Assembly (NCBI RefSeq): GCF_003324675.1
Contig: NZ_CP030918.1
Coordinates: 2,220,001 to 2,252,000 of the forward strand
From: Paracoccus suum
GTDB taxonomy: Bacteria; Pseudomonadota; Alphaproteobacteria; Rhodobacterales; Rhodobacteraceae
DNA: 32,000 nucleotides
Direction: 5' to 3'
The notes beneath the pieces are model-generated. The model was given only the letters and a program-made list of their open reading frames with translations, did not search any database and was not told where the DNA came from. The number at the start of each line of letters is the position of its first letter. Positions within the stretch are counted from its first letter, which is position 1. Made by a program: the position numbers and the translations under genes. Shown here one piece after another: positions 25,603-32,000 of this stretch.

Positions 25603-26823
25603 ATGGCGTTGCGACTGTTTGGCCGGGGCGGCGCGCCCGAGCCTGCCGCGCCCGCCCCGGTCGTGGAGCGCAAAAGCTCTGCAACCGGGCGGGTCGTGGC
25701 CTTGGCGTCTGGATCGGGCCGCGTGGCGTGGTCCCCGCGCGACACTGCCAGCCTGACGCGGGCCGGTTTCACGAACAACCCGGTCGGCTTCCGCACCGTC
25801 AAGCTGATCGCCGAAGCCGCGGCCGCCGTGCCTTTGGTCTGCCAGGACGCGGACCGGCGCTACGAGGTGCATCCGGTCCTCGACCTTCTGCGTCGTCCGA
25901 ACCTGGGGCAGGGCCGGGCCGAGCTGTTCGAGGCGCTTTACGGCCAGTTGCTGCTTACCGGGAACGGCTATCTGGAGGCCGTCGGCGAAAACGACGGCGG
26001 CCTGCCGGACGAGCTGCACGTCCTGCGTGCGGACCGGATGGCGCTGGTGCCCGGCGAGGACGGCTGGCCTGTCGCGTTCGAGTATCAGGTCGGCGGTCGC
26101 AAGACCCGGTTCGACATGACCGGCAGCCCCGATCCGATCTGCCACATCAAGGCGTTCCACCCGCAAGACGATCACTACGGGCTGTCGCCAATGCAGGCGG
26201 CAGGCGTGGCGGTGGACGTTCACAACAGTGCCTCGGCCTGGTCTAAGGCGCTGCTGGACAATGCCGCGCGGCCGTCGGGCGCGATGGTCTACAAGGGGGC
26301 CGACGGGCAGGGGGTCATGTCCCCCGAGCAGTTCGAGCGCCTGCAGTCCGAGATCGAGATGCACCATCAGGGCGCGCGCAACGCGGGCCGTCCGATGCTG
26401 CTGGAGGGCGGGCTCGACTGGAAGCCGATGGGGTTCAGTCCCAGCGACATGGAGTTTCACCAGACCAAGGACGCCGCCGCGCGCGAGATCGCGCTGGCTT
26501 TTGGCGTGCCGCCGATGCTGCTGGGGATACCGGGCGATCTGACCTATGCCAATTACGCCGAGGCCAACCGCGCCTTTTATCGCCTGACGGTCCTACCGCT
26601 GGCGACGCGGGTGTCGGCCGCAGTCGCGTGGTGGCTGTCCGAACATCTGGGCGCCGAGGTCGATCTGAAGCCCGACCTGGACCAGATCCCGGCGCTTTCG
26701 GACGAGCGTGACCAGCACTGGCGCCGGGTTGCCGCGGCGGATTTTCTGACGCCGGCCGAAAAGCGCGCCGCCTTGGGTCTGCCGCCGCTGGCGCCGGACC
26801 TGCTGCCGACGGCCGAGGGCTGA
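25603..26823 (+). CDS. g3: GTA portal protein (HK97 family)
   Basis: Start re-picked at ATG 25603 (SD GGAGGA at 25591-96). Typical HK97-portal stretches are present: NNPVGFRTVKLIAEAAAAVPL, LLLTGNGYLE, HYGLSPMQAA, FGVPPMLLGIPGD.TYANY.EANRAFY. Confidence 0.9.
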   Translation: MALRLFGRGGAPEPAAPAPVVERKSSATGRVVALASGSGRVAWSPRDTASLTRAGFTNNPVGFRTVKLIAEAAAAVPLVCQDADRRYEVHPVLDLLRRPNLGQGRAELFEALYGQLLLTGNGYLEAVGENDGGLPDELHVLRADRMALVPGEDGWPVAFEYQVGGRKTRFDMTGSPDPICHIKAFHPQDDHYGLSPMQAAGVAVDVHNSASAWSKALLDNAARPSGAMVYKGADGQGVMSPEQFERLQSEIEMHHQGARNAGRPMLLEGGLDWKPMGFSPSDMEFHQTKDAAAREIALAFGVPPMLLGIPGDLTYANYAEANRAFYRLTVLPLATRVSAAVAWWLSEHLGAEVDLKPDLDQIPALSDERDQHWRRVAAADFLTPAEKRAALGLPPLAPDLLPTAEG

Positions 26824-26845
26824 GGCCGTGGATGGGGGCGGACAG

Positions 26846-27064
26846 ATGCCGCACCGCATGCCCGATTGGCGCGACCACCGCTTTGACACGCAGGAGCGGA
26901 TCATGGCGCTGCAGTTCGGCCAGGTCGAAAAACGGCTGGAGCGCATCGAATACCTTATGGGCGCGCTGGAAAAACGGCTGTGGGTCACGGTTTACGGTGT
27001 GGTTGCCGTGATCCTGACCCAAGCCGTCCAGTCGATCCTGACCTATGTGCCGAAAGGGGGCTGA
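26846..27064 (+). CDS. g3.5: GTA g3.5 small membrane protein
   Basis: A small ORF between portal and protease, as in RcGTA. It has a C-terminal TM helix (LWVTVYGVVAVILTQAVQSILTYV). The stop overlaps the protease ATG (TGATG). GTG 26828 is an alternative start. Confidence 0.55.
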   Translation: MPHRMPDWRDHRFDTQERIMALQFGQVEKRLERIEYLMGALEKRLWVTVYGVVAVILTQAVQSILTYVPKGG

Positions 27065-27651
27065 TGGTGGAGACTGGCGATAGGCTGAATGCCTGGGGGC
27101 TGGAGACGAAATACGCGGCAGGCGTGGCCTGCCCGGTGATGACCGACGGCGCCACCATCGAGGGCTATGCCAGCCTTTTCGGCATTCCCGACCAGGGCGG
27201 TGACGTGGTGCAGCCCGGCGCCTACAAGGCAGGGCTGAGGCGGCTCTCTGGCAAGGGCGGGCGCGTGCGGATGCTGTGGCAGCATGATGCCACCGCCCCG
27301 ATTGGCGTCTGGGAGGAAATCCGCGAAGACGAGCGCGGGCTGTGGGTCAAGGGCCGGCTGCTGACCGAGGTTGCACGGGCCCGCGAGGCCGCCGCGCTGA
27401 TCGCGGCCGGGGCCATCGATGGGCTATCGATCGGATACCGCACGATCAGCGCCGAGCGCGACCAGAAGGGTCGCCGGGCGCTCACCGAGGTCGAGCTGTG
27501 GGAGGTCTCGCTGGTGACTTTCCCGATGTTGCCGGACGCGAAACTCGCGGCGGCGGTCCGGCCGGAGGATGCAAAATCTGCCGCTACCGTTGGCCCGGGT
27601 GCTCTGGCCAACCTGTTCATGCGCGCCGCAACGATGCTGCGCGCCGACTGA
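27064..27651 (+). CDS. g4: GTA prohead protease (HK97 family, S78)
   Basis: Start re-picked at ATG 27064. IEGYASLFGIPDQGGDVVQPGAYK...MLWQHD...PIGVWEEIREDERGLWVKGRL...IDGLSIGY...EVELWEVSLVTFP. Confidence 0.9.
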   Translation: MVETGDRLNAWGLETKYAAGVACPVMTDGATIEGYASLFGIPDQGGDVVQPGAYKAGLRRLSGKGGRVRMLWQHDATAPIGVWEEIREDERGLWVKGRLLTEVARAREAAALIAAGAIDGLSIGYRTISAERDQKGRRALTEVELWEVSLVTFPMLPDAKLAAAVRPEDAKSAATVGPGALANLFMRAATMLRAD

Positions 27652-27752
27652 GACCGGGGAGGGGCGCGCAGCCGCGCCGCCCGTCCCGGACCTGCGTGAC
27701 GCCGCGGCCCCAGTCGCCGGCGAATGCAACTTTCCGACAAGGAGATCGAGGG

Positions 27753-28916
27753 ATGACCGAGGTGAAAGCCACGGCCGAGGCAGACGCGCCTGCCGACCTG
27801 AACGAAGCCGTGATGGGCTTTGTCCAGGAACTCAAGACGTTCCGCAAGAATGTTAACAATCGCTTGCAAGTACAGGAAAATCGCATGACCATGTTCGACC
27901 GCAAGACCGCGCTGCGTGGCCGCTCGCCCCTGGCCTCGAGCGCCGAGGCCGAGGCGCCGCATCAGAAGGCGTTCAACGCCTATGTTCGCAGTGGCGACGA
28001 GGACGGCCTGCGTGGCCTGACCTTGGAAGAAAAGGCGATCAGCGTCGCCGATGGCGGCTTTCTGATGCCGACAGTGGTTGCGGAAAACGTGCAGAGCGCG
28101 CTGCGCTCGGCCACCTCGATCCGGGCGTTGGCAAATGTCGTGCAGATCGACGCCTCAAGCTATGACGTTCTGGTCGAGACCGGCGATACCGGCACGGCCT
28201 GGACAAACGACATTGCCGCGACGGCCGAGTCCGCGAACGCCGGCCTCGCCCGTATCTCGATCCCGCTGAACGAGCTGTCGGCCATGCCGAAGGCGAGCCA
28301 ACGCCTGCTGGACGACGCCGCCTTTGACGTCGAGGCCTGGCTGTCCGAGCGGATCGCCGAGCGTTTCGGCCGGGCCGAGGCTGCAGCCTTCATGACCGGC
28401 AACGGCACTGACAAGCCCAAGGGCCTGCTGACGCAGGCAACCGCGACCCTCTACACCGAAGATCCGTTGAAGATCGGCGTCACCGCGACCACCACGCCCG
28501 GCGATTTCGACGTCGCCGACCCGATGGGCAAGCTGATCGAGGTGATCTACGCGCTGGGCGCGGGTTACCGCGCCCATGCCTCGTTCGTCATGAACAGCAA
28601 GGTCGCCGCCCGCCTGCGCCGCCAGAAGGATGCCGATGGCCGCTTCCTGTGGCAGGACAGCGTCTCGGCAGGCGAGCCGTCGCGGCTGCTGGGCTATCCG
28701 GTGGTCGTGTCCGAGGACATGCCCGACCCGGTCGGCGGCGGTGTCGCGCTGCTGTTCGGCGATTTCCGCGCCGGCTACACCATTGTCGAGCGTCCGGAGC
28801 TGCGCATCCTGCGCGATCCCTTCAGTGCCAAGCCGCATGTCCTGTTCTACGCGACCAAGCGGGTCGGCGGCGCGGTCACCGACGCCCGCGCGATCAAGCG
28901 GCTGAACTTCGCCTGA
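27753..28916 (+). CDS. g5: GTA major capsid protein (HK97 fold) with N-terminal delta/scaffold domain
   Basis: Start re-picked at ATG 27753 (SD AAGGAGA). An N-terminal coiled coil (FVQELKTFRKNVNNRLQVQENRM) is followed by GGFLMPTVVAENVQSALR...IPLNELSAMPKASQRLLDDAAFDVEAWL...GNGTDKPKGLL. Confidence 0.9.
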   Translation: MTEVKATAEADAPADLNEAVMGFVQELKTFRKNVNNRLQVQENRMTMFDRKTALRGRSPLASSAEAEAPHQKAFNAYVRSGDEDGLRGLTLEEKAISVADGGFLMPTVVAENVQSALRSATSIRALANVVQIDASSYDVLVETGDTGTAWTNDIAATAESANAGLARISIPLNELSAMPKASQRLLDDAAFDVEAWLSERIAERFGRAEAAAFMTGNGTDKPKGLLTQATATLYTEDPLKIGVTATTTPGDFDVADPMGKLIEVIYALGAGYRAHASFVMNSKVAARLRRQKDADGRFLWQDSVSAGEPSRLLGYPVVVSEDMPDPVGGGVALLFGDFRAGYTIVERPELRILRDPFSAKPHVLFYATKRVGGAVTDARAIKRLNFA

Positions 28917-28931
28917 TCCAAGGGCGAGGAA

Positions 28932-29005
28932 GGGGCCGCGCGCTGACGCATGCCGGTCCAGCTGTCCGCGCGCGCCGGCAGGCGCGCGGGCGCGGCCCCG
29001 TTTTC
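28932..29005 (+). terminator. Large GC-rich stem-loop plus short T tract after the capsid gene
   Basis: The outer stem ggggccgcg / cgcggcccc (28932-40 / 28991-99) encloses further GC palindromes (ccgcgcgcgcc ggca ggcgcgcgg). It is followed by gttttc. Confidence 0.4.
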
Positions 29006-29044
29006 ATTCATTCAGCCACGCGTCCGTGACGGGAGAACCGAGAG

Positions 29045-29677
29045 ATGATGCTTGTCGAGGAGACGGCCCCCCCGGCCGCGGCGCTGCCCGTCGAGGCCTT
29101 TCGCGCCTACCTGCGACTTGGAAGCGGCTTTGATGTGGCGGTTGATGCCGCCGAGGATGCGGCCCTCGCGGGCTTTCTGCGCGCCGCCATCGCTGCGGTC
29201 GAGGCGCGCACCGGCAAGGTGCTGCTGACACGCCGCTTTCGCATGCGGATCGAGGACTGGCGCGACCCGGAGGCCCAGCCGCTGCCGCTGGCGCCGGTGC
29301 TGGCCATCGACAGCGTCGTGATCGACGATGGCCGCGGCAGCGAGACCAGCCTTGCCGCCAGCGAGGTGCAATTGCTGCCCGACAGTCAGCGTCCGCTGCT
29401 GGTCCCGGCCGGCTCGGTCCTTCCCGTGGTCCCCGAGCGCGGCTTCGTGACGATTCTGTTCACCGCGGGGTTTGGCACCAGTTGGACGACCATTCCGGCG
29501 GATCTGGCACAGGCGGTCATGATGCTTGCCGCGCACTACTACGAAGATCGTGGCGGTATGAGCGTGTCCGCTTCGTTGCCCTTCGGGGTCGCGGCGCTGA
29601 TCGAGCGGTGGCGCGCGGTGCGCACGCTGGCCGGGCGCGGCGGGGCAGCAAATGTCCGGCGGAGTGCGTGGCGATGA
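29045..29677 (+). CDS. g6: GTA head-tail adaptor (phage gp6-like connector)
   Basis: 210 aa at the position of RcGTA g6. LPVEAFRAYLRLG...LAGFLRAAIAAVEARTGKVLLTRRF... is typical of gp6-like head-tail connectors. It has an ATGA overlap with g7. Confidence 0.8.
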   Translation: MMLVEETAPPAAALPVEAFRAYLRLGSGFDVAVDAAEDAALAGFLRAAIAAVEARTGKVLLTRRFRMRIEDWRDPEAQPLPLAPVLAIDSVVIDDGRGSETSLAASEVQLLPDSQRPLLVPAGSVLPVVPERGFVTILFTAGFGTSWTTIPADLAQAVMMLAAHYYEDRGGMSVSASLPFGVAALIERWRAVRTLAGRGGAANVRRSAWR

Positions 29678-30012
29678 GCGGGCCTGATCCGCGGCACCGC
29701 CTGATCCTCGAGGCTCCGGAGCGGGCGTCCGACGGGATGGGCGGGCAAACGACGGTCTGGCGCGCACTCGGGGCAATCTGGGCCGGGATGCGCGCCTCGA
29801 CCGGGCGCGAGGCGCGCGGTGAGGTCGGTGCGGTCAGCGTGGTGTCCTGGGCCATCACGACGCGCGCGGCACCCGCGGGCGACCCGCGCCGACCCCGGCC
29901 GGGGCAGCGCCTGCGCATGGGCGAGCGCCTCTTCCGCATCGAGGCGATTGCCGAAACCGATGCCGGCGGACGCTGGCTGACCTGTCATGCCCGCGAGGAG
30001 GGAGGCGCATGA
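29674..30012 (+). CDS. g7: GTA head completion / stopper protein (head-tail joining family)
   Basis: Start re-picked at ATG 29674. 112 aa, RHRLILEAPERASDGMGGQTTVWRALGAIWAGMRASTGRE...RLFRIEAI, typical of SPP1 gp16/HK97 gp9-like head-closure proteins. Confidence 0.8.
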   Translation: MSGPDPRHRLILEAPERASDGMGGQTTVWRALGAIWAGMRASTGREARGEVGAVSVVSWAITTRAAPAGDPRRPRPGQRLRMGERLFRIEAIAETDAGGRWLTCHAREEGGA

Positions 30013-30431
30013 GCTATATGGGTTCGATCGCCCTGCAAGGCGCGGTCTACGCGCAGCTTTGCACCGATCCGGCCGTTACCGCCCTGATCGGCGATGCGGT
30101 CTATGACGCCATGCCGGTGACGCCCCCGGCCGGCACCTATGTCTCGCTAGGACCCGAGGTCGTGCGCCCGGCGGGTGATCAGACGGGCGCGGGCGCGGAG
30201 CATGAGTTCGTGGTGTCGGTCCTGTCCGGCTCGGACGAAGACAATGGCGGTTTCCAGGCGGTCAAGTCCGCCGCGGCGGCTGTCGCAGCCTCTCTGGAGG
30301 CTGGCGATCTGCCGCTGGACGAGGGCCATCTGGCAGGCCTGTGGTTCCTGCGCGCCACCGCCCGCCGGGCCGAAAGCGGTGCCGGGCGGAGGGTCGACCT
30401 GACCTTTCGCGCCCGCGTCGATCTGGGCTGA
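30009..30431 (+). CDS. g8: GTA tail terminator (DUF3168 family)
   Basis: 140 aa with an ATGA overlap with g7. ALQGAVYAQLCTDPAVTALIGDAVYDAMP...YVSLG is the DUF3168 pattern, and the position matches RcGTA g8. Confidence 0.75.
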   Translation: MSYMGSIALQGAVYAQLCTDPAVTALIGDAVYDAMPVTPPAGTYVSLGPEVVRPAGDQTGAGAEHEFVVSVLSGSDEDNGGFQAVKSAAAAVAASLEAGDLPLDEGHLAGLWFLRATARRAESGAGRRVDLTFRARVDLG

Positions 30432-30461
30432 CAGACAATCAAAGCATGAGGAGGGCCTGCA

Positions 30462-30896
30462 ATGGCTGTGCAGAACGGACGTGATCTGCTGATCAAGATG
30501 GACATGACCGGCGGCGGTCAGTTCGAGACAGTGGCCGGGCTGAGGGCGACTCGTATCGGCTTTAACGCCGAGACGGTCGATGTCACCAGCCTCGACAGCA
30601 CCGGCCGCTGGCGCGAGTTGCTGGGGGGTGCGGGCGTGCGCTCGGCCTCGATCACCGGCTCGGGCGTGTTCCGGGACAGCGGTTCGGACGCGCGCGTGCG
30701 GCAGGTGTTTTTCGATGGAGAGGCGCCGCGTTGTCAGGTCGTGATCCCGGATTTCGGCATCGTCGACGGGCCGTTCGTCATTACCGGCCTGGAATATGCC
30801 GGGACCTGGAATGGCGAGGCGACTTACGAGCTGACGCTGGCAAGCGCGGGAGCGCTGACCTTTACCGCCGACGCGACCCCCGCCCCGGTTCCCTAA
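30462..30896 (+). CDS. g9: GTA major tail (tube) protein, TP901-1 family
   Basis: MAVQNGRDLLIKMDMTGGGQFETVAGLRATRIGFNAETVDVTS...ITGSGVF...YAGTWNGEATYELTLASAG. Confidence 0.85.
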   Translation: MAVQNGRDLLIKMDMTGGGQFETVAGLRATRIGFNAETVDVTSLDSTGRWRELLGGAGVRSASITGSGVFRDSGSDARVRQVFFDGEAPRCQVVIPDFGIVDGPFVITGLEYAGTWNGEATYELTLASAGALTFTADATPAPVP

Positions 30897-30897
30897 G

Positions 30898-31218
30898 ATG
30901 GCCGGCGCAAACCCCTATGCGGGCGAGGTCGAGGTCGTCCTGGACGGCGTTCCGCACCACGCCCGCCTGACCCTCGGGGCGCTGGCTGCGCTGGAGGGAG
31001 ATCTCGGCGCAGAGAGCCTGGTCGCGCTGATCGAGCGGTTCGAGGGTGGGGCGTTCTCTACCCGGGACGTGCTGGCGGTTCTGATCGCGGGGCTCCGCGG
31101 CGGCGGATGGCGTGGTCGGTCGGAGGATCTGCTAACCGTCGAGATCGAAGGCGGCCCCCTGGCCTGCGCCCGCGCTGCGGCAGAGTTGATCGCCCGCGCT
31201 TTTCGCATCACGCGATGA
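30898..31218 (+). CDS. g10: GTA tail assembly chaperone-like protein
   Basis: 106 aa. GEVEVVLDGVPHHARLTLGALAALEGDLGAESL..LIERFEGGAFSTRDVLAVLIAGLRGGG is typical of the gene-transfer-agent family protein that precedes the tape measure. Confidence 0.75.
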   Translation: MAGANPYAGEVEVVLDGVPHHARLTLGALAALEGDLGAESLVALIERFEGGAFSTRDVLAVLIAGLRGGGWRGRSEDLLTVEIEGGPLACARAAAELIARAFRITR

Positions 31219-31457
31219 CGGGCGCGGCGGGTGATGTGCACCCCGACGGCCTCGACTGGCCGGGGCTGATGCGCGCCGGCATCCAGGGGCTGGGGCTGAA
31301 GCCGCGCGAGTTCTGGGCGCTGACCCCGGCCGAACTGGCGCTGATGCTTGGCCTCGACCTGACGGGTGGCGGGGGCGGGCCGATGAACCGTGTGCGGCTG
31401 GCCGAGCTGGCGGCGCGCTTTCCCGATGCGCCCGAGGGCGCCGCGCCTACGGGGTGA
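31215..31457 (+). CDS. g10.1: GTA g10.1 (second chaperone-like small protein)
   Basis: ATG 31215 overlaps the g10 stop (ATGA). LDWPGLMRAGIQGLGLKPREFWALTPAELALML is the conserved phage tail-assembly-chaperone-like motif. Its frame is -1 relative to g10. Confidence 0.65.
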   Translation: MTGAAGDVHPDGLDWPGLMRAGIQGLGLKPREFWALTPAELALMLGLDLTGGGGGPMNRVRLAELAARFPDAPEGAAPTG

Positions 31458-31486
31458 CAAACTGAAATGCGAGGATGGAGGCTGTG

Positions 31487-32000
31487 ATGGCGGACCAGGA
31501 TGGACTCGACCGGCTGGAGCAGGGCCTCGGCGCCTCGGGCCGTATGTCGGCAGAGTTTGAGGCCGAGCTGGCACGGCTGCGCCAGTCGATGTTGTACACC
31601 GCCCGCGAGACGGGCCAGTTGTCGGCCGGAATCGGCGGCGGGCTGCGGCGTGCGTTCGACGGTCTCGCGCTCGACGGGATGAAGCTGTCCGACGCATTGA
31701 AGGGGGTCGCCCGCAGCATCGTCGACACCGCCTTCAGCATCGCCATGAAGCCGGTCCATCAGGCGCTGGGCGGCGCCATCGCGCAGGGCATGGGAGCCAT
31801 GCTGGGCGGCACGATCGGCGGCGCGCAACCCTTTGCCAAAGGCGGCGCCTTTACCGAGGGGCGCGTCATGCCCTTTGCCCGCGGTGGGGTTGTCAGCCAG
31901 CCGACGTATTTCCCGATGCGCGGTGCAACGGGCCTGATGGGCGAGGCTGGCCCCGAGGCGATCATGCCCCTCCGGCGTGGTCCGGACGGGCGCCTCGGCG
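31487..32000 (+). CDS. g11: GTA tail tape measure protein, N-terminal part (continues beyond the window)
   Basis: Absent from the track because it runs off the window. Hand translation from ATG 31487 (SD GGAGG 6 nt upstream) gives MADQDGLDRLEQGLGASGRMSAEFEAELARLRQSM...FAKGGAFTEGRVMPFARGGVVSQPTYFPMRGATGLMGEAGPEAIMPLRRGPDGRLG. This is the conserved GTA/phage TMP motif. ATG 31475 is an alternative start. Confidence 0.85.
   Translation, partial: MADQDGLDRLEQGLGASGRMSAEFEAELARLRQSMLYTARETGQLSAGIGGGLRRAFDGLALDGMKLSDALKGVARSIVDTAFSIAMKPVHQALGGAIAQGMGAMLGGTIGGAQPFAKGGAFTEGRVMPFARGGVVSQPTYFPMRGATGLMGEAGPEAIMPLRRGPDGRLG

Larger units (their letters stand above)
23630..32000 (+). other. RcGTA-type gene transfer agent structural cluster, 5' portion (g1 to start of g11); continues beyond the window
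   Basis: Gene order and content match the Rhodobacter capsulatus GTA head-tail cluster, including the small g3.5 and g10.1 ORFs. Packing is tight with ATGA/TGATG overlaps, and composition matches the host. No integrase, repressor, replication or lysis genes occur upstream. Confidence 0.85.

Noticed and set aside
23769-32000. Interpretation as an intact or defective prophage
   Set aside because: There is no integrase, att repeat, repressor/antirepressor, replication or lysis gene on the visible side. The cluster has host-like composition and the RcGTA-specific g3.5/g10.1 organisation. The 3' end is outside the window, so this cannot be fully excluded.
1-32000. CRISPR arrays, IS elements/transposases, integrons, toxin-antitoxin pairs, rRNA and dedicated defence systems
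   Set aside because: No spaced direct-repeat arrays, terminal inverted repeats with a transposase ORF, or recognisable defence-gene signatures were seen on either strand.

Overview
High-GC (roughly two-thirds G+C by eye) alphaproteobacterial chromosome, most consistent with Rhodobacteraceae. Supporting signs are a GTTC-N7-GTTC SOS box at lexA, a class I lysyl-tRNA synthetase and an RcGTA-type gene cluster. The left 23 kb is mostly core or accessory chromosomal genes. These are a partial FMN reductase, rmuC, a small RTX-repeat gene in AT-rich flanks beside tRNA-Leu(CAA), lexA, a NUDIX hydrolase, DUF983, and a PleD-like REC-REC-GGDEF protein. They continue with DUF3572, an H-NOX plus HNOBA-GGDEF operon, nadD, a TerB-like protein, class I LysRS, an orphan tailspike-like beta-helix protein and acs-yjcH-actP. 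The last three are a proline-rich secreted protein, a DjlA-like TerB+J-domain protein, and a penicillin/AHL-acylase-family protein with a very long Ala/Pro/Asp-rich spacer. From about 23.6 kb to the window end lies the 5' two-thirds of an RcGTA-like gene transfer agent head-tail cluster. It runs g1, terL, portal, g3.5, prohead protease, HK97-type capsid, adaptor, stopper, tail terminator, tail tube, g10, g10.1 and the start of the tape measure. No integrase, repressor, replication or lysis genes are visible. The most unusual non-coding signal is a sigma70-like promoter followed about 55 nt later by a strong hairpin plus U6 terminator, just upstream of g1. Terminator-like hairpins also sit inside the cluster after terL and after the capsid gene. 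The ORF track uses longest ORFs with alternative start codons, so several starts were re-picked from SD/ATG context. Many long antisense ORFs are high-GC shadow frames. Everything here comes from reading the sequence by eye; no searches were run.
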